A stretch of DNA of 64,000 bases from an uncultured bacterium (GTDB lineage: Bacteria > Planctomycetota > UBA1135 > GCA-002686595). The stretch lies in contig CALSNU010000002.1 in NCBI GenBank assembly GCA_943787795.1, positions 352,001 through 416,000 of the forward strand, read 5' to 3'. The notes under the pieces were generated by a model. It ran no database searches, was not told where the DNA came from, and saw only the letters and a program-made list of their open reading frames with translations. Shown here piece by piece: positions 20,050 through 29,119 of the stretch (the stretch's first letter is position 1; each line of letters begins with the position of its first letter). Made by a program: the position numbers and the translations under genes.

Positions 20050-20289
20050 TCAGGCGCTCATGCGGCGCTGGGCGACGGCGGTCTGCCGACGGCCGTCCTT
20101 GCGGGGGCGGCCCCCCTTGGGCTTGCGGGCTTCCATGCGCTCCTGGAAGGTGCCCCAGTCAGCCTCGGACATGAGGCGCACCTCGCCTCCACACTCGATG
20201 CAGTAGCTGCGGTCGATGCTGGCGAGGTAGCGGACGTAGGTCTCGCAGCAGGGGCAGTACTTGGTGTCGTTGTGGAAGGTGTTGCTCAT
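20050..20289 (-). CDS. Small (79 aa) zinc-ribbon protein with an AT-hook-like basic tail
   Basis: Start moved to ATG 20289. MSNTFHNDTKYCPCCETYVRYLASIDRSYCIECGGEV...RKPKGGRPRKDGRR: two CxxC knuckles plus GRPRK, with a strong GC3 bias. Confidence 0.75.
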   Translation of the reverse strand: MSNTFHNDTKYCPCCETYVRYLASIDRSYCIECGGEVRLMSEADWGTFQERMEARKPKGGRPRKDGRRQTAVAQRRMSA

Positions 20290-20330
20290 GGTGGTGCTCG
20301 TTGTTCGGTGCGGCGGACGAGGGAACAGGG

Positions 20331-20346
20331 AGCACAGCGGTTGCCA
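20331..20346 (-). promoter_or_regulatory. Candidate sigma54 (-24/-12) promoter for the Zn-ribbon gene
   Basis: The minus strand reads TGGCAACCGCTGTGCT: exact GG-N10-GC spacing, close to TGGCAC-N5-TTGCW, about 40 nt upstream of the ATG. Confidence 0.6.
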
Positions 20347-20443
20347 GGTGGCCGATGGCTCCCCCAAGGAAGCCGCAAATGAAATCAGCGCAACGGCTTA
20401 CGTCTCCCGCGCCGCCCCGGACGCCCCTGACCCCCGCACGGAC

Positions 20444-20633
20444 CGCGTCCATTCCCATGGACACGGATGGCGCACTCGAGCACCCAACTGTCGCCGGCCA
20501 GGCCCCGTTCGACCGGCGCAGCCGGGCAAGAAGACGCCTCAAGGCACTCCAAACAAGCATCTTGCGTCGCGCCGACGGCGCACGTCCAACCCGATGGACG
20601 TGACCGGGCCCCACGTCCACTTTTGTCGACGCC
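20444..20633. promoter_or_regulatory. Three dyad sites CGTCCA-N6-TGGACG (candidate transcription-factor or enhancer-binding-protein sites)
   Basis: 20446-20463 CGTCCA-ttccca-TGGACA; 20581-20602 CACGTCCA-acccga-TGGACGTG (perfect); 20612-20631 CACGTCCA-cttttg-TCGACG. Confidence 0.55.
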
Positions 20634-20679
20634 CCGGAAGCCGGCCCCGGAAGCCAAACCCGGGAGGGGCGGCGCCGCT

Positions 20680-21570
20680 ATGGTCAGCGCCGTGATTCAG
20701 TACGAAGGCACCCTCTACCGTCCCCCCTCCGAGGCGGACAGCCTGATCCTGCAGGCGACCATCGGCTGCTCGTACAACCGGTGCACCTTCTGCGCCATGT
20801 ACCGGGAGAAGCGCTTCCGCGTCCGCCCCATGGACGAGCTGGTCCAGGAGATCGCCTGGGCGCGCCAGCACCTGGGCGACGTGCGCAAGGTCTTCCTCGC
20901 CGACGGGGACGCCCTCGTCGCCAAGACCCGCTTCCTCTCCGAGCTGCTCGGCCACCTCGGCGAGGCGTTCCCAGACCTGCGGCGCGTCTCCGCCTACGCC
21001 TCCCCCCAGTCCATCGAGATCCGCACCGACGCGGAGCTGCACCAGCTGCGCGAGGAGGGGCTCACCCAGCTCTACCTCGGCGTGGAGTCCGGCGACGACG
21101 AGGTGCTCACCTGGCTCGACAAGGGCGTCGACGCCGAGGACATGATCCGCCTGGGCCGCAAGGCCTCGGCGGCGGGCATGAAGCTCTCCACCATGATCCT
21201 GCTGGGCGCCGGCAACCGGGCCCGTTCGCTGGAGCACGCCCGCGAGAGCGCACGGGTCATTAACGGCATCCAGCCGCGCTTCGTCAGCACGCTGGTCATG
21301 ACGCCAGTGGAGGGGACGCCGCTCATGGACTCGGCCAACGCGGGCGAGGTGGACGAGCTGACCCCCACCGAGCTCGCGCGGGAGCTGCGGGAGTTCATCG
21401 AGCACCTCGACCTGGAGAGCTCGATCTTCCGCTCCAACCACGCGTCGAACACCCTGGCCCTCAAGGGCGTCTTCCCGAAGGACCGCGAGGCCCTGCTCGA
21501 GGTGCTGGACAGCGTCCTCGAACGCCCCGACCGCGCGCCCTTCGTCCCGAACTGGCTGCGCGCCCTCTGA
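20680..21570 (+). CDS. Radical SAM protein of unknown function
   Basis: Start moved to ATG 20680 (or GTG 20692). YEGTLYRPPSEADSLILQATIGCSYNRCTFCAMY (CxxxCxxC), FLADGDAL, YLGVESGDD, FRSNHASN. Confidence 0.88.
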   Translation: MVSAVIQYEGTLYRPPSEADSLILQATIGCSYNRCTFCAMYREKRFRVRPMDELVQEIAWARQHLGDVRKVFLADGDALVAKTRFLSELLGHLGEAFPDLRRVSAYASPQSIEIRTDAELHQLREEGLTQLYLGVESGDDEVLTWLDKGVDAEDMIRLGRKASAAGMKLSTMILLGAGNRARSLEHARESARVINGIQPRFVSTLVMTPVEGTPLMDSANAGEVDELTPTELARELREFIEHLDLESSIFRSNHASNTLALKGVFPKDREALLEVLDSVLERPDRAPFVPNWLRAL

Positions 21571-21604
21571 GCCCTCTGAGCCCCTGAGCCCTCTGAGCCC
21601 TGAG
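21562..21604. repeat. Short imperfect tandem repeat of GCCCTCTGA, about 5 units
   Basis: gccctctga gccctctga gcccctga gccctctga gccctga, starting at the last codons and stop of the radical SAM gene. Confidence 0.8.
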
Positions 21605-21620
21605 CGCCCCCGGGGACCGG

Positions 21621-22260
21621 TCAGATCGTCGGGCTGGAGATCTGGTCGATGGGGACGTTGAGCAGCGCCCGCTCCTCCCACCCGTCGCAGTCGAAGTGCC
21701 ACCACTCCGAGCTGAGCACCCGGAAGCCCTGGGCCGCCATGGCCTCGATCAGGACGCGACGGTTGGTGCGCATGGGCTCGAGCACCTCGGCGTCCGCCCG
21801 CGCCTCCGGGACGAAGGCGTCGAAGTCCGTGGGCATCGGGAGCCGGCTGGCCCCGCCCGTCCACGAGCGTCACGTCCACGGCCATGCCCCGGTTGTGCCG
21901 CGACCCCTTGCTCGGGTCGGCCACGTAGTCGGGGTCACCGATCACCTCCCACATGCGCTGGGTCACCGACCAGGGCCGGTACCCGTCGAAGACCATCAGG
22001 CCCATGCCCTGGGACTCGAGGGCCGACTGCACGCGAGAGAGGCGCTCCATGGCCGAGCGCCGCAGGAAGATGCGCGGCTCGGGGTAGAGGGTCTCCCCCA
22101 CGAAGTTGTCCGGGGTGGCGTAGACCGCGAGCACGCGAATCCGCGAGTCCATGGCGGCCACCTCCACCAGGGGATCCTCGGTCGGCGGCACGGTCTCGAG
22201 GACGAGGCCCGTCGAGGCGCAGGACGAAAGGGCTAGGAGCAGGGGCGCGAGGAGCTTCAT
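21621..22260 (-). CDS. D-alanyl-D-alanine dipeptidase (M15D, VanX/DdpX family) lipoprotein; one apparent +1 frameshift near 21842-21860
   Basis: Lipobox LALSSC. YATPDNFVG, FDGYRP and SRHNRGMAVDVTL are in one frame; MPTDFD...SEWWHFD is in the next frame (ORF 21621..21836). Confidence 0.85.
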
Positions 22261-24554
22261 CGGGCGTCGGGGTAGATGAGGTAGGGCTGGCGCAGGCGGC
22301 GGAACGCCTCGACGTCAGGCGCCCATGAGCCCGGGACGGAGCGCCAGTCGGGCGAGAGGAGCAGGGCCTCCCAGGTGGACGCCGAGCGCAGCCGCGCGTC
22401 CCCATCCGCCGCGTCGAAGGCGCGACCGAAGAGTCGGTCCAGGTGCCACATGATCGCGAGGCCAGAGGCGACCGGCCGCAGGGCGCCGCGGTCCGTCACC
22501 GTCACGTGCACGCCCTGGCACAGCTCGTCCTTGAACTTGGAGGCGTCGGGGGTGAACTCGATGGGCGTGAACTCGAGCCCCGGGAGCGCCGCGGCCCGCA
22601 GGGCGTCGCACAGGCGCGGGCCGTCGATCCACGGGGCCCCGAAGAGCTCGAAGGGCTCATCGGTGCCGCGGCCCACCGAGAGGTTCGCGCCCTCGAGCAG
22701 CCCGGTACACGGGTAGAGGACCGTCTGGTCCGGGTTGCGCATGTTCGGCGAGGGGTTGATCCAGCGCACGCCGGTCTGCTCCCACCACATGTCCCGGGTC
22801 CACCCCGCCATGGGCACGACCTCGAGCTCGCACTCGATCCCGCCCCACTCCTCTCGGAACATCCGCGCAAGCTCCCCGACGGTCATGCCGTGGGTCACCG
22901 GCAGGGGGCGCCACCCGATGAAGGACTGGCGGTCCGCGTCGATGATCGGCCCCTCCACCCGGCGGCCCGTGATCGGATTCGGCCGGTCAAGCACGACCAC
23001 CCCCACCCCCGCCTCGCCGCAGGCCTCCATGGCGAGGCCGAGCGTCGAGATGTAGGTGTAGTAGCGCACCCCGATGTCCTGGATGTCGAAGACCACCGCG
23101 TCGATCCCCGCCAGCATCTCCGCCGTCGGCCGCCGGGTGGCGCCGTAGAGGCTGAAGACCGGCAGCCCCGTGGCCTCGTCCCGGCCGTCCCCCACGTCGC
23201 CCTCGAGCTTGGCGAAGAGGCCGTGCTCCGGGGAGAACAGGCGCACGAGCTCGACGCCGTCGGCCGAGTGCAGGGCGTCAATGGTCCGCCGCCCGTCCCG
23301 GCAGCGGCCGGTCACGTTGGTGATGAGCGCGAGGCGCCGCCCCTTGAGCCTGGCGAAGTCCTCATCGACGAGCACGTCCACGCCGGTCCTCACGTGGGGC
23401 GCGCCCGGCGCGGCGTCGACGCCGGCCGCGGCGGCCACCGCGTCTGCCACCGCCCGCCGTAGCGGGCTCATGGAAGGGCCGGGATCCACCTGGAGGCGAC
23501 TCACGAGCAGCAGATACCACACGCCCGACGACCGATCGACCCAGTAGCAAGGCCCCGTGAAGCCGGTGTGTCCGAGGGAGGCGTACCGAGGGAAGCGCGA
23601 GCCGCGCGGGGAGTCATAGGCCGACGCCACGTCGATCCCCAGCGCTCGCGCCACGGCGCCGCCCTCGAGGATGCGCGGGCGCACGAGCTCGGCGAGCGCG
23701 CCGGGCTCCAGGGGCGAGCCTTCCCCTGCAGCGCCGGCGAGCATGCCGCAGAAGCGCGAGAGGTCGGCCGCGGTGGAGAACACGCCGGCGTGCCCCGCCA
23801 CCCCGCCGAGCGCGCGCGCGCGCGGATCATGCACGACTCCACGCCCCGTTCCGTCCGGTGAGGTCGCGGCGCAACGGTCCAGGCGGTCGCCGTCGAGGGG
23901 ACCGTAGCTCGTCTCCCCCATGCCGAGCGGGCCGTGCACCTGGCGGGCGCAGAAGTCCTCAAGGGGTTCACCAGCCACCGCCTCCACGATCTCGCCCAGC
24001 AGGATGTACCCGAGGTCGCTGTAGATGAACTTCTCACCCGGCGGAGAGGAGAGCTCACGCGCGCAGATCCGCGCCACCGCCGCCGACGGACCGTCCGCGT
24101 AGTCGTCCAGATGGTTGACCGGCGAGAGCCCCCCCGTGTGGAGCAGGAGCTGCTCCACCGTGACCTCGTCCTTGCCTCCCCCCGTGAACGCCGGGACGAT
24201 CAACGAGACGCGATCGGTGAGCCGCAGCTTCCCTTGCTGGACCAGGACCATGATCGACGAGGAGGTCGCCACCGACTTGGTCAGGGACGCCAGATCGAAG
24301 ACCGTGTCGAGGGTCATGGGCACCCCCGGCGCACGCTCGCCGTGGGCGGAGCGGTGCAGGACGTCGGCGCCGCGGCCGACCACGAACACGGCGCCGGGGA
24401 TGGTCCCTGAGCCGATGGCCGCTTCGATCGTCCCGCAGGCCTCGGTGAAGTCGAGGCCAGGATTCGGGCCAGGATTCGGGTCAGGTTCCGGGGCGGAGTC
24501 TGGCGCGGGGGCGCTCTGGACGGCGAGGCTGAGGGCAGCGAGGACGGCGAACAT
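22257..24554 (-). CDS. Fusion of a serine hydrolase (beta-lactamase/AmiE-like) and a DUF1343/NamZ-type exo-beta-N-acetylmuramidase
   Basis: Signal peptide. N-half FDLASLTK (SxxK), YSDLGY, GHTGFTG. C-half LFSPEHG, FDIQDIGVRYYTY, LDRPNP, HGMTVGELA, PSPNM, GRGT. Confidence 0.9.
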   Translation of the reverse strand: MFAVLAALSLAVQSAPAPDSAPEPDPNPGPNPGLDFTEACGTIEAAIGSGTIPGAVFVVGRGADVLHRSAHGERAPGVPMTLDTVFDLASLTKSVATSSSIMVLVQQGKLRLTDRVSLIVPAFTGGGKDEVTVEQLLLHTGGLSPVNHLDDYADGPSAAVARICARELSSPPGEKFIYSDLGYILLGEIVEAVAGEPLEDFCARQVHGPLGMGETSYGPLDGDRLDRCAATSPDGTGRGVVHDPRARALGGVAGHAGVFSTAADLSRFCGMLAGAAGEGSPLEPGALAELVRPRILEGGAVARALGIDVASAYDSPRGSRFPRYASLGHTGFTGPCYWVDRSSGVWYLLLVSRLQVDPGPSMSPLRRAVADAVAAAAGVDAAPGAPHVRTGVDVLVDEDFARLKGRRLALITNVTGRCRDGRRTIDALHSADGVELVRLFSPEHGLFAKLEGDVGDGRDEATGLPVFSLYGATRRPTAEMLAGIDAVVFDIQDIGVRYYTYISTLGLAMEACGEAGVGVVVLDRPNPITGRRVEGPIIDADRQSFIGWRPLPVTHGMTVGELARMFREEWGGIECELEVVPMAGWTRDMWWEQTGVRWINPSPNMRNPDQTVLYPCTGLLEGANLSVGRGTDEPFELFGAPWIDGPRLCDALRAAALPGLEFTPIEFTPDASKFKDELCQGVHVTVTDRGALRPVASGLAIMWHLDRLFGRAFDAADGDARLRSASTWEALLLSPDWRSVPGSWAPDVEAFRRLRQPYLIYPDAR

Positions 24555-24593
24555 GGGCCCCCTGTACCACAGACAGCCGGAAGTGGCCTCCGA

Positions 24594-25913
24594 TTACAGG
24601 CGCCGCTCCACGCCGAGGACCGCCCGACCGACGACCTCTCCGAGGTCAGCGAAGAAGCGGTCCGCCCGGCCGTAGTCGTAGACGCCATCACCGACCACCC
24701 CGTTCGGGTTGGTGTATAGCGTCGCGGCGAGGAAGAAGCTCCGGCCGGTCCGGCGGTCCACGACCTCAGAGTTGGTGATGCTGAAGCCGTAGGCGCGGCC
24801 GACCTTGTCGCGCACCACCAGCTCCTCGGCGGCGCGGAGCCGCAAGAGGCCCGGCAGCAGGAACTTTGAGTAGTCGTCCGGGTAGGACGACGGGTCGTAG
24901 CGCGGGTCCGCGGACGCCCCAGGTGTGGAGGCCATCGCCTCACGGATGAAGTCTCGGTCCACCTCTGACAGGCCAAAGCCCGCGCGCGCTGGCCCGCCAC
25001 GCAGGCGATCGAGCGCGGGCTGAAGGTCCGGCCGCAGGAGCATGATGTTCATGTCCACCAGGTCCTCCAGCGGCATGAAGTTCTTCCGGTCGAAGCTCAT
25101 GGGCCCCTCGATCAACTGCGTCCCGAGGGTGTGAGCGCGGCCGAACTCAACGCCATCCAGGAAGGCGTTCGTACCCGGAGACGACGCGGTGCGGGAGGGG
25201 AGGCTGGCGATCACGCGGCCCCGATCGTCCAGGAGGTCGATGGCGGGCACCCTGAGCTGATCCTCCGGGGCGCGGAACTCCGCGAGCCGGTGGAAGATTC
25301 GCGTGTGCGCCAGCCCTGCGGCGCGCAGCGAGCCGTTGACCCCGTCGTTGCCCGCGAGCTCGTAGAGCCGGTTGTAGGCCGCGTTGTCAGAGACGAGCAG
25401 CACCTTGCGGGCCTCGTGCCCCGCGGTGATCGCGCCACCGTCCACGTGGCTGGGGTCCGCCACCTCGAGCACATCATCGTCAAAGAGGGGGTGGAAGCGC
25501 AGCGCCGTGGAGCGCGAGATCGGCGCCCCCGCGGCCGGCCCCGGCTGCCAGCCAGCGGCCTCCGGCGCGCTCAGCTGCTCGAAGGCCGCGATCACCGCCG
25601 CCGTCTTCACCGCGCTCGCGGGATAGAAGTACTCAGGGCCCCGGTCATAGGCGTGCCGCTCGAGGGTGGGCCCGGCGGCGCCCTCCTCCACGACCACCAG
25701 CTCGATCTTGATCCGGTGGGCGTCCGCCTCGTCGAGCAGGTCCGCGAACAGGTCCGGCCGGGACTGGAGGAGTCCGGCGAGCCGCTCGTCCAGGCGGGGC
25801 GCCGCTTCCTGCGGCGGGGCGGCCGCGCAGGCCGCCGCGGCCGTGAGCGCCACAAGGCCGAGGGCCAGGCGGAGCCGCTGCCCAGGCCGCCCCCGGAGGC
25901 CACCTCCCCTCAT
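24594..25913 (-). CDS. Serine hydrolase of the beta-lactamase/transpeptidase fold, probable lipoprotein
   Basis: YFYPASAVK (SxxK), SDN (VSDNAAYN), KVG triad (DKVGRAYGF); signal peptide ending AAAC. Confidence 0.8.
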   Translation of the reverse strand: MRGGGLRGRPGQRLRLALGLVALTAAAACAAAPPQEAAPRLDERLAGLLQSRPDLFADLLDEADAHRIKIELVVVEEGAAGPTLERHAYDRGPEYFYPASAVKTAAVIAAFEQLSAPEAAGWQPGPAAGAPISRSTALRFHPLFDDDVLEVADPSHVDGGAITAGHEARKVLLVSDNAAYNRLYELAGNDGVNGSLRAAGLAHTRIFHRLAEFRAPEDQLRVPAIDLLDDRGRVIASLPSRTASSPGTNAFLDGVEFGRAHTLGTQLIEGPMSFDRKNFMPLEDLVDMNIMLLRPDLQPALDRLRGGPARAGFGLSEVDRDFIREAMASTPGASADPRYDPSSYPDDYSKFLLPGLLRLRAAEELVVRDKVGRAYGFSITNSEVVDRRTGRSFFLAATLYTNPNGVVGDGVYDYGRADRFFADLGEVVGRAVLGVERRL

Positions 25914-27145
25914 CCCAGGGCCTCTTGCTCGAGGGCCAGTAGCTGGTTGGGGTCCATGGCCGGGCGCGCGAGCAGTGTGGACCCGTCAGGGTGAATCACG
26001 ACCTCGGCCGGGAGCGGGCGCGAGTTGTAGCAGGAGGCCATGGCCGCGCCGTAGGCCCCGACGTCGTGGATCACAAGCAGCTCCCCACGCTCGAGATCTG
26101 GCAGCTCCTGGGGCTCTGGGGCGCCACCCTTCCCCTGGGTGAAGACGTCGGCGCTCTCGCAAAGGGGCCCCGCGACCATCTTCGGGGTGGTGGGCCGATC
26201 TCCGCCTGCGAGGGCGCTGATGCGATGGAATGAACCGTAGAGCAGGGGTCGAATCATCGTGTGAAAGCCCGCGTCCACGAGGACGAAGCTCGACCCCTCG
26301 CGTCCCGTCGACTTCACGCCGCAGACCTCGGTCAACAGGACCCCCGCGTCGGCCACGAGCAAGCGGCCCGGCTCGGCCTCCAGCTGGATCGGACGTCCCA
26401 GCGACCTGGACCAGCGCTCACGACCCACGGACCAGATCGCCGCGAAGCGCTGCATATCAAACGGCGTCGCGCCGGGCCGGTAAGGGAACGACATGCCGCC
26501 GCCGCACGAGACGCGCAAGAGGGTCTCACCGAAGAGGGCGACCGCGGGGTCCATGGCCTCGACCGTACGCTCGATGAACCGCCCCTCCAGCCCGGATCCG
26601 ATGTGCACATGCAGCCCGGTGACCCGCAGCCCGAGCGCTTCAGCCCGCCGACGAACGGCAGGGAGTTCCTCGTGCCAGATGCCATGCTTGGAGTGGGGGC
26701 CACCCGTCGTGACCTTCATGTCGTGCCCTTCGCCGAAGCCCGGGTTCACCCGGAGGGTCACGTCCACTGCGCCTCGGAGCTCCGCGATGTCCTCGAGCAT
26801 CGACGCGCTCCCCGCGTTGACGTGGAGCCCCAGCTCGGCGACGAGCTCGCGCGCGCTCCGATCCATGAGGTCGGCGGTGTAGACCATCTCGTCAGGTTCG
26901 AATCCCGCCGCCCGGGCGCGCTCGATCTCACCCGCTGAGACCACCTCGCAGCGCGCCCCTCCGTCCCTCAGGGTCCGGAGCACCGCGAGGTTTGAATTCG
27001 CCTTGACGGCGTAGCGCACCGAATCGAAACACTCGAAGGGCTCGAGGTTTCGACGAACCGCCGCCAGGTCGTAGACGTAGAGCGGCGTGCCGTGGGCAGC
27101 GGCGAGCTCGGTGAGGAGCCCTTGGCGTTGGAGGCGTCGGTCCAT
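25910..27145 (-). CDS. lysA: Diaminopimelate decarboxylase
   Basis: TPLYVYD, YAVKANSN (PLP Lys), TGGPHSKHGI, HVHIGS, EPGR, GPLCESADVF, GAYG...YNSRP. Confidence 0.92.
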   Translation of the reverse strand: MDRRLQRQGLLTELAAAHGTPLYVYDLAAVRRNLEPFECFDSVRYAVKANSNLAVLRTLRDGGARCEVVSAGEIERARAAGFEPDEMVYTADLMDRSARELVAELGLHVNAGSASMLEDIAELRGAVDVTLRVNPGFGEGHDMKVTTGGPHSKHGIWHEELPAVRRRAEALGLRVTGLHVHIGSGLEGRFIERTVEAMDPAVALFGETLLRVSCGGGMSFPYRPGATPFDMQRFAAIWSVGRERWSRSLGRPIQLEAEPGRLLVADAGVLLTEVCGVKSTGREGSSFVLVDAGFHTMIRPLLYGSFHRISALAGGDRPTTPKMVAGPLCESADVFTQGKGGAPEPQELPDLERGELLVIHDVGAYGAAMASCYNSRPLPAEVVIHPDGSTLLARPAMDPNQLLALEQEALG

Positions 27146-27230
27146 GGACCAGATTCTCCCTCATTGGGAGCCAAGTTCAATCCTGGAGGCCCGGCGAGGT
27201 CGCCGAGTTCTGTGTACCTTCCAAGGCGGC

Positions 27231-28343
27231 ATGCAGCGTCTGTCCCAACTCGGCCGATCGGCCACACTCGTCGCGACCCTCGGCCTCGCCGCCGTGGCCG
27301 CCGTGCAGCTCGAGACCACCGCGGGGGCCGCCCTCGGCGGCAGCGGCGCACCCCGGAGGATCTTCGTCGATGCGGGTCATGGCGGGACCGACCCCGGGGC
27401 GATCGGCAATGGCATCGTCGAGAAGGAGCTCAACCTCGAGGTCGCCCTGCGCCTCCGGGACCTGCTCGAGGCCGACACCGAGGACACGTCAGGTGGCGGC
27501 GAATGGGAGGTCATGATGACGCGCACCACCGACGCGTCGGTGCCGCTCTCGAGTCGGACCAACGCCGCGAACAACTGGCCCGCTGACCGCTTCGTCTCGA
27601 TCCATCACAACGCGTTCGGCAGCTCGATCGCGAGCGGAACGGAGACGTTCTCCTTCGCCAACGGGACGGCCGGAGCGGACCTGCGGGATCGGCTCCAGGA
27701 GGAGCTCCTCAGCGCCATGGGGCTTGTGGACCGGGGCCCCAAGACCGCCAACTTCTTCGTGCTCAGGGAGACCCTGATGCCCGCCGCGCTCACGGAGGCG
27801 GGCTTCCTCAGCAACCCCGGCGATGCCGCGGCCCTGTCCGCACCAGGGGCAGTGGAGGCCCTCGCCCTGGCCCACCTGTTCGGCATCCAGCGCCACTACG
27901 GCATCCCGCCCCACATCCCAGTGGACGGCCCCTCCACCTACTGCTTCCCCAAGACCGCCTCGGCAGGCTGCGTCCCGTCGATCGAGGCAGCGGGCACACC
28001 CTCCGTCAGCCAGAGCGACTTCGTGGTCGCCTGCGATCAGGTCCTCAGCCAGCAGTTCGGGATGCTCTTTTGGGGGCGTCAGGGGCTGGAGTTGCCGCTG
28101 CTCGGCGGATTCCTCTGTGTGGGCGGGCCCCTGATGCGCACGCCCGTCCAGTTCTCCAATGGCCTCGGCCCCGGCAATTGCTCCGGGCGCCTCGAGCTCC
28201 AGATGGACAGCGGCTTCCTCAGCGCCAACGGGATGCTCCCGGGGGACGAGATCTTCTGCCAGTGGTGGTACCGAGACCCCGGGCTCCTGCCCGCGACGCC
28301 GGTCGGGCTCTCCGACGGCCTCCGGTTCACCGTGCTCCCCTAG
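27231..28343 (+). CDS. N-acetylmuramoyl-L-alanine amidase (Amidase_3) with a divergent copy of the C-terminal WYRD module
   Basis: Start moved to ATG 27231 (signal peptide). IFVDAGHGGTDPGA, EKELNL, FVSIHHNA, FFVLR, ALTEAGFLSN; C-terminus TYC...LCVGG...CQWWYRDPG...LSDG. Confidence 0.88.
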   Translation: MQRLSQLGRSATLVATLGLAAVAAVQLETTAGAALGGSGAPRRIFVDAGHGGTDPGAIGNGIVEKELNLEVALRLRDLLEADTEDTSGGGEWEVMMTRTTDASVPLSSRTNAANNWPADRFVSIHHNAFGSSIASGTETFSFANGTAGADLRDRLQEELLSAMGLVDRGPKTANFFVLRETLMPAALTEAGFLSNPGDAAALSAPGAVEALALAHLFGIQRHYGIPPHIPVDGPSTYCFPKTASAGCVPSIEAAGTPSVSQSDFVVACDQVLSQQFGMLFWGRQGLELPLLGGFLCVGGPLMRTPVQFSNGLGPGNCSGRLELQMDSGFLSANGMLPGDEIFCQWWYRDPGLLPATPVGLSDGLRFTVLP

Positions 28344-29074
28344 GGGAGCCGCCAGTCGCCCCAGCGCGTCGCGGGGACAAACCCAAGGCGCTTCGCCAGC
28401 GCGACCGAGGGCCCGTTGGTCGAGGCCACCGACCAGATCGGCGCGAGCCCCGCTTCCGCCCGCTCCAGCATGAGGGCCGCGGCGGCGCTGGCGCCGAAGC
28501 CCTCACGGCGGAACGGAGCCGCCGTCTCCACGGATACGTCCCAGAGGGTCTCGGTCTCCACGAAGGCATAGGCGAAGGCCACGGGCTCGCCCCCCGCCAG
28601 CGCCACCGCGGTCGCAGGCCAGGACTCCAGCGCCTCCAGTTCTCGCCGCATGGGAGCGGGGAGTTCCTCCACGGCGGGGTCCCCAGCTCCGATGATCTTG
28701 ACCTCATGGCGACCGGCCTGCGCCGCGAGGATGTCGGGGCTCCCTCCCCATGAGAAGACCTCCACCACGCCGGCCTTCGCCGCAGCCCCCTCCGCAGACC
28801 ACTCCTCCATCACCTCAGGCGCGGCGCGCAGCCGGAGGCGCCCTTGCTCGATACCTGCCGCGCGCGCGGCCGCGGCCAGCCCATCGGCGAGCCCCGGCTC
28901 CGGCGCGCCGATACCCACGGCGAGGTCATGGTCCGGAGCCAAGGCGAAGCCGGCCCCCGCCCGCTGCTGGCTCATCACCAGGGACGTCCCGCGGCGGCGG
29001 AGCAACCCACGCACCTCCACGAGCGCAGGGACATCCTCCAGATGCGCAAGGAGGTCAGCCTTGGTGGGTTCCAT
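28340..29074 (-). CDS. GNAT family acetyltransferase
   Basis: VSVETAAPFRREGFGA (motif A) and NGPSVALAKRLGF. Confidence 0.8.
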   Translation of the reverse strand: MEPTKADLLAHLEDVPALVEVRGLLRRRGTSLVMSQQRAGAGFALAPDHDLAVGIGAPEPGLADGLAAAARAAGIEQGRLRLRAAPEVMEEWSAEGAAAKAGVVEVFSWGGSPDILAAQAGRHEVKIIGAGDPAVEELPAPMRRELEALESWPATAVALAGGEPVAFAYAFVETETLWDVSVETAAPFRREGFGASAAAALMLERAEAGLAPIWSVASTNGPSVALAKRLGFVPATRWGDWRLP

Positions 29075-29119
29075 GGGCCAGAGGGTACGGGCGCGGCGTG
29101 GTCAGGATGAAATGGGCCG

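Noticed and set aside
20539..21850. C-terminal extension of ORF 20539..22260 as a real 573-aa protein
   Set aside because: It is read-through caused by the frameshift in the dipeptidase gene and lies antisense to the radical SAM gene.
21621..22260. Vancomycin-resistance locus
   Set aside because: Only a VanX/DdpX-family dipeptidase is present, with no vanH, vanA or vanRS; the context is cell-wall turnover.
22257..25913. Beta-lactam resistance genes
   Set aside because: The SxxK proteins belong to broad serine-hydrolase families, and one is fused to NamZ; resistance cannot be inferred from these motifs.
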